A DNA stretch of 27,164 bases from a virus, in IMG/VR virus record IMGVR_UViG_3300045988_012994, positions 1 through 27,164 of that record. The stretch is one strand, 5' to 3'. The notes under the pieces were generated by a model that did not search any database, was not told the DNA's origin, and was given only the letters and a program-made list of their open reading frames with translations. Both the position numbers and the translations under genes were made by a program. Every line of letters begins with the position of its first letter. Within the stretch, counting starts at the first letter, position 1. This document shows positions 22,651 through 27,164 of this stretch, piece by piece.

Positions 22651-25230
22651 ATATCAGACGGAACATTAAAGTTTGATACAAAGATTGATACAAGTGGTCT
22701 AGAGAATGGAATGAAATCCGTTCATGAAGTCACAAGTGGAGCTACAAATGCTATCAAAGAAACTTCAAAAGCAATCGACAAGTTAGGTTCTGATGGTTCA
22801 AAAGCACCACCAAAGATTAAAGATAAACTTAAAGATTTAAACGAAGAGCAAAAGAATACACAAACAGAAACGCAAGAAACAGGTTCTAAATTTGATGTAT
22901 TTAAAAAAGTAGGAAACAGTGCCTTAGAATCAATTCAAGGTGGATTTGATGGACTATTAGGAAAGATTCAGAATATCAGTCCGGAAGCTACTGCAATCAC
23001 TGAAACCCTAACAGGATTAGGCGTAGGAGGTGTTGTTGGTGTTACTGCCATAGCAGGAGCTATCGGTGGAATGGCATTAGCAATTAAGACAGGTGTTAAC
23101 CAAGCTACAGAATTAGATGACGCTATGGCTAAATTTCAAGCTCAAACAGGTGCTTCAAGCAATGAAATGAGCAAATTTAAAAACATTGCTCGTGATGTTT
23201 GGTCAAACAATTTCGGTGAAGATGTTTCAGATGTTGCCGATATGATGGGCAGAGTCAAGCAACAAATGCAAGGCATAAGTGATGTTGACCTAAAGAACGT
23301 GACCGAGGATTTATTAACTTTAAGAGATACATTCGATATGGATGAGAATGAAACTCTTAGAGGTGCTCAACAATTAATGAAGCAATTCGGAATCACTTCT
23401 CAAGAAGCTTTCGACCTTATGGCTACAGGTGCTCAGAATGGTTTAAACAAATCAGATGAGTTAGGCGACAACATTTCAGAATACTCCGGTAAATTCGCAC
23501 AAGCAGGATATTCGGCAGATGAATATTTCCAATTAATGCAGAATGGATTAGATGGTGGAGCTTATAACCTTGATAAAGTTAATGACGCAATCAACGAAGT
23601 TACCACACGGTTAGTTGATGGAACTATTGAAGGAGCTTTAGATAGTTTTGATACCAAAACACAAGATGTATTTAAGGCATGGCAAGAAGGAAGAGCAACT
23701 CAAAAAGATGTTGTGAATGCGATTGTAGAAGATATTTCAAAGACTACAAATGAACAAGAAAAGTTGAATAAATCTGCAACGGCTTTCGGCACAATGGGAG
23801 AAGATTTCAACGCCGGATTCATTCAGTCCTTAACGACAGTAGGGAATAAATATAAAGACGTAGAAGGGGCAATGGATAAAGTTAAAGATATCGCAAATGG
23901 TGGCTTAAAGAACGCTTTAAGTGGCTTAGGGCGTACATTTCTTGATTCATTTACTCCAATAGGCGAACTTATTACTCCTATTCTTGCAGGTATCATTGGA
24001 TTGATTACAGTAGCTATACAAAGTATTCAACAAGGATTTGCTAAAGTTGGTGATGTAATTTCAAATGTATTAAGCAAGATTGATACAAGTGGAATTACAG
24101 AATTGACAAGTCAAGTTTCAGAGGTGTTAGCTCCTGCTTTTGATGAAGTTAGAAAAGCGATTGACGAAATGAAAGTTGCTCTTGAACCTATTGCAAAAGA
24201 AATCTTAAGTAAAATAGGTAACGCAATTCAAAATGTTGTTAACCAAGCTCAAAAGATTCTTAGCGTTGTAGGACCACCGATTCTAGCAATCATTAAGAAG
24301 ATTATTCAAACAGTTATCGGTATGACTCCTGTAATAACATCTATCCTTCAAGTAGTTGGAAGTGTGGTAAGTGGAATCATTTCATTTATAACTATGGTTG
24401 TAACATATGTAGGAACGTCTATTGCAACAATACTAGGATTTATCATGCCTATTGTTCAAATTGTAGCTACAATTGTAGCGAATATTTGGTCTGTAATATT
24501 AACGGTTGCTCAGAATATTTGGAGTAAGGTTAGTGAAGTAGTTACTGCGATTATTGGATTCGTAAGCAATTTATTTAAGACGGTTTCGGATATCATAAAC
24601 AATATTTGGAGCAAGATTCAAGATACAATGAACAGAGTCGGAGATAAAGTTAAAGGCGTTATTGACAATATCAATAAATATTTCAATAATATCAAATCTA
24701 CGGTTTCTGATGTATTCAATGGTATTTGGTCTAAAGTTCAAGGTGTAATGGATAATGTAGGGAATAAAATTTCAAATGTTCTACAAGGAATACAGAATTC
24801 ATGGAGCGGTTTAAAAGGATTTGTAAGTGGTGTATTTGGTGGAATTGAAGGAGCAGTACAATCGTTAGTCGGAAGTGTAAAAGGCTTCGTAAATGGCGTT
24901 ATAGGTGGCATTAATGGCGCTATCGGTATCATCAATAAGATTCCCGGTGTACACATTGGAAGAATCCCTAGGCTAGAGCGTGGTGGTGTATTAAAACGTG
25001 GTCAAATTGGCTTGCTAGAAGGTAATGGTGCAGAAGCAGTCGTACCATTAGAAAAAAATAAAGCGTGGATTCGTGCCGTCGCTAAAGATATGGCTCAAAT
25101 CATGCCTAGCGTAACAACAAATAACAACGGACAGACTATCAACTTCTACAATAAAGTTCAAAGTCCGGATGAAATTGCTAGAATGTTACGTATGCAAGCA
25201 AGATATGGATATGGAGGTGTAGTTCAATAG
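22651..25230 (+). CDS. Tape measure protein (proposed ATA start)
   Basis: 859 aa with a Gly/Ala-rich TM-like core, NIWSK-type repeats and a C-terminal GGVL.RGQIGLLEGNGAEAVVPL. ATA 22651 is the first codon after the in-frame TGA (22648-22650) and lies 11 nt after GGAGG (22635-22639). The extension SDGTLKFDTKIDTSGLENG is a typical TMP N-terminus. Confidence 0.88.
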   Translation: MSDGTLKFDTKIDTSGLENGMKSVHEVTSGATNAIKETSKAIDKLGSDGSKAPPKIKDKLKDLNEEQKNTQTETQETGSKFDVFKKVGNSALESIQGGFDGLLGKIQNISPEATAITETLTGLGVGGVVGVTAIAGAIGGMALAIKTGVNQATELDDAMAKFQAQTGASSNEMSKFKNIARDVWSNNFGEDVSDVADMMGRVKQQMQGISDVDLKNVTEDLLTLRDTFDMDENETLRGAQQLMKQFGITSQEAFDLMATGAQNGLNKSDELGDNISEYSGKFAQAGYSADEYFQLMQNGLDGGAYNLDKVNDAINEVTTRLVDGTIEGALDSFDTKTQDVFKAWQEGRATQKDVVNAIVEDISKTTNEQEKLNKSATAFGTMGEDFNAGFIQSLTTVGNKYKDVEGAMDKVKDIANGGLKNALSGLGRTFLDSFTPIGELITPILAGIIGLITVAIQSIQQGFAKVGDVISNVLSKIDTSGITELTSQVSEVLAPAFDEVRKAIDEMKVALEPIAKEILSKIGNAIQNVVNQAQKILSVVGPPILAIIKKIIQTVIGMTPVITSILQVVGSVVSGIISFITMVVTYVGTSIATILGFIMPIVQIVATIVANIWSVILTVAQNIWSKVSEVVTAIIGFVSNLFKTVSDIINNIWSKIQDTMNRVGDKVKGVIDNINKYFNNIKSTVSDVFNGIWSKVQGVMDNVGNKISNVLQGIQNSWSGLKGFVSGVFGGIEGAVQSLVGSVKGFVNGVIGGINGAIGIINKIPGVHIGRIPRLERGGVLKRGQIGLLEGNGAEAVVPLEKNKAWIRAVAKDMAQIMPSVTTNNNGQTINFYNKVQSPDEIARMLRMQARYGYGGVVQ

Positions 25231-26096
25231 ATATCAATAAAGTAAGAGTTATTGTCCGTAGGGATGATGGCAAAGAATTTGAAATTGATAATAAAAGATG
25301 GAGAATACCATCTAGTGATGGTTTAGATGGATTCGATTATGTAGCACCTTCATACACAACTCAAGACAATGCATTTGGGAATGGTGCTAGATTAATCGGT
25401 TCACGTATTCCCACAAAAGAAAGAAGCGTGAAAGCTACCTTTAAAGGCTCACTAGAAGAAAAAAGAGAAGAAAGGGAGAAGCTACGGCGCTTCTTCCAAT
25501 ATTCTCATGTATTTGATGTGATAGTTGAGTACATGGGAGAAAAGAAATATTGTAGAGGTCGTTTATATGCGTATAGCTTGCCTACAGTTAACATCTACAA
25601 AGATTTAGAGCTTAACTTTACGATTTTATGCACACAACCTTTATTGCTTTCATTTGATGATTTCGCAAGGAATATTGCAGAAATTGGTGAAGGTTTGGCA
25701 TTCAATTTTGAGATACCGGAAACAGGTGTGAACTTTGGAACATTTACATTCGCTAGAGAAATCTATATTGATAATCAAGGCGATACAGAAACATATTGTA
25801 GAGCCGTTATTGAAGCATTTGGAGAGGTAACAAATCCGAAACTATTCAATAAAGATAAATATATTCGTGTATTAGATACGCTACACAATGGTGATGTGTT
25901 AGAAATTGATTTAGTTTCTGAGCCTATATCAATCAAAAAGAATGGTGTGAATTGTATCGGAAAAGTTGATAGAACATCATCATTCAATGATATGACGATT
26001 CAGTTGGGTGAGAATATCATAGGATATACGGCAGACAATGGAGATACGAACCTAGCTTGTACGGTTTACTACAATGAAAGGTATTTAGGTTTATAG
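25227..26096 (+). CDS. Distal tail protein (Dit, siphovirus tail component; proposed ATA start)
   Basis: The frame is open for 201 nt upstream of track start GTG 25428, with no canonical start. ATA 25227 lies 9 nt after GGAGG (25213-25217) and overlaps the TMP TAG (ATAG). The N-terminal DINKVRVIVRRDDGKEFEIDNKRWRIPSSDGLDGF fits Dit N-termini. Confidence 0.75.
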   Translation: MDINKVRVIVRRDDGKEFEIDNKRWRIPSSDGLDGFDYVAPSYTTQDNAFGNGARLIGSRIPTKERSVKATFKGSLEEKREEREKLRRFFQYSHVFDVIVEYMGEKKYCRGRLYAYSLPTVNIYKDLELNFTILCTQPLLLSFDDFARNIAEIGEGLAFNFEIPETGVNFGTFTFAREIYIDNQGDTETYCRAVIEAFGEVTNPKLFNKDKYIRVLDTLHNGDVLEIDLVSEPISIKKNGVNCIGKVDRTSSFNDMTIQLGENIIGYTADNGDTNLACTVYYNERYLGL

Positions 26097-26097
26097 T

Positions 26098-27054
26098 ATG
26101 TCTTATTTTGGATTAGATAAAGATTTCAATATCGTTACACATCTAGCACCTTATAATGTGCAGTGGAATCGGCGATATTATGAAACAGGAGATTTCGAGA
26201 TTTATATTGATATAGGGCAGTATTCGAGCAATATCAAATATATTTATTCAACTGAGGATAAAGAGTTAGGAATTGTAGAAATACCGCATTATTCCGTTTC
26301 AAACAACACGAAACAAATGCTATTAAAAGGTTCTTTCTTTGAAAAGATTCTAGCAGATGATTGTATTTATCCTACATTCTCAAGTAGCGGAAAAATTGTT
26401 GATGTGGTCAAAAAGCTATTAGACAAGTATTGCTCATGGAAAATGGGATATAGATATGATGAATCCATTACCGATAGAGTAGATTTTCAAGAAACAGGAG
26501 CAAACCTTGACGAGAAGCTTTATGAGTTGTTATATCCGTTAGAATTGTCGTTCCGTATAGAATATGACTATGTATCGAGTACGTTCACATTCGTGTTATA
26601 TCGTGGTCGTGACTTAACTCAGAACAACGCAGATGGAAACAACTTTGTCACATTCTCTACAGAGTTTGGAAACATTGAAGAACCGGACGTTATGATTGAC
26701 TCAAGTAAATACAAGAACTATGCAATCATTTGTGGCGAAGGACAATCAGAAGAGCGTATATACGTTGAATATGACGCTAGAATAGATAAGAATGAAAGAA
26801 TCAAAAAGTTATTCGTAGACGCACGTTCTGAGCGTATGGGGGATGATGTGACACTTGATAAATATAAGAAGGTACTTATTCAGAAAGGAATTGAAAAACT
26901 AGCAGATTGTCAAATTCAAGAAAATGTGAATTTCGGATTGAATACGGATTCATACGAATACAAGGTTGATTTTGATTTAGGTGATAAAGTTGATGTTATA
27001 GTAGCAGATATTGGACTAGTAATGACTGCGAGAATTAGAAATATATTGGCTTAA
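26098..27054 (+). CDS. Tail-associated protein (Tal-position, Sipho_Gp37-like)
   Basis: Position after Dit. Motifs: N-terminal ...VQWNRRYYETGDFEIYI..., ELGIVE, LDEKLYELL. Confidence 0.6.
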   Translation: MSYFGLDKDFNIVTHLAPYNVQWNRRYYETGDFEIYIDIGQYSSNIKYIYSTEDKELGIVEIPHYSVSNNTKQMLLKGSFFEKILADDCIYPTFSSSGKIVDVVKKLLDKYCSWKMGYRYDESITDRVDFQETGANLDEKLYELLYPLELSFRIEYDYVSSTFTFVLYRGRDLTQNNADGNNFVTFSTEFGNIEEPDVMIDSSKYKNYAIICGEGQSEERIYVEYDARIDKNERIKKLFVDARSERMGDDVTLDKYKKVLIQKGIEKLADCQIQENVNFGLNTDSYEYKVDFDLGDKVDVIVADIGLVMTARIRNILA

Positions 27055-27164
27055 CAGATACATTGGTGACATGTTAATATATTCGACATTAATGATGTCT
27101 ATTTAAGAATTATTGTATAGGTGTAAACGAAAGAGAGACTACACTTATGACAAGAACCTCAAAA

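Noticed and set aside
24481-24740. Repeated AATATTTGGAG/TC (NIWSK / NIWSV / GIWSK) motifs in the tape measure gene.
   Set aside because: Periodic Trp/Phe-containing repeats are a normal feature of tape measure proteins and are not a separate element.
438-25229. The ATA starts as simple G-to-A sequencing or assembly errors in ATG codons.
   Set aside because: This is not fully excluded, but it seems unlikely. About 40 other starts are intact ATGs. The flanking contexts of the ATA sites differ. The errors would have to hit exactly the third base of 7-11 start codons and nowhere else evident. The window also encodes a tRNA whose anticodon matches ATA. Raw reads should still be checked.
894-25987. 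About 20 minus-strand ORFs of 60-173 aa in the ORF track (for example 894-1241, 2483-2797, 7359-7664, 10386-10685, 16722-17243, 24738-24956).
   Set aside because: Each lies wholly inside a well-supported + strand gene. They lack SD sequences, and their translations are low-complexity Ser/Phe/Ile/Leu-rich strings, as expected from the antisense of Lys/Glu-rich AT-rich coding sequence.
1-27164. Alternative genetic code (for example TGA = Trp, Mollicutes-type, where non-ATG starts are common) as the explanation for the odd starts.
   Set aside because: TGA clearly functions as a stop in coupled junctions (ATGA at 3288-3291, 13862-13865, 19989-19992, 22067-22070, and the TerS stop at 10316-10318). 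The standard code gives a complete, gap-free gene set.
1-27164. CRISPR arrays, IS elements/transposases, integrase, and lysis or lysogeny genes.
   Set aside because: None was seen. There are no spacer-repeat arrays, no transposase- or recombinase-like ORFs, and no holin, endolysin or repressor genes within this window.

Overview
This is a 27.2 kb, low-GC, tightly packed region with every credible gene on the + strand. I read it as a siphovirus-type phage or prophage of a low-GC Gram-positive (Bacillota) host. Gene order is: recombination/replication and small early genes (NinB-like, RusA, replisome organizer with internal iterons, dimeric-dUTPase-like, SSB); a sigma/ArpU-like late regulator; a stand-alone tRNA transcription unit; a ParB-like / GT-A-like / radical-SAM trio; TerS, TerL and portal; an out-of-place 3.7 kb tail-fibre-like cassette ending in an XkdX-like gene and a terminator; then minor head protein, scaffold, major capsid, head-tail joining genes, major tail, chaperone, Gp15-family, tape measure, Dit and Tal. 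The headline observation has two parts. (1) The tRNA at 6984-7059 looks like a bacterial initiator tRNA: unpaired 1:72, G2:C71, C3:G70, A73, A11:U24, an AGGUC variable loop and a GCAACCA 3' end. Its anticodon, however, is UAU rather than CAU. (2) At least seven phage genes (RusA, portal, fibre-like protein, major capsid, major tail, tape measure, Dit), and probably four more, have no ATG/GTG/TTG at the position expected from gene packing and N-terminal content. Each instead has an in-frame ATA 5-10 nt downstream of a strong Shine-Dalgarno sequence, often overlapping the previous stop as ATAG or TAATA. Together these suggest a phage-encoded AUA-decoding initiator tRNA paired with AUA start codons. 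ATG/GTG/TTG-only gene callers would miss this. All family assignments come from motif recognition by eye. No database search or folding software was available.
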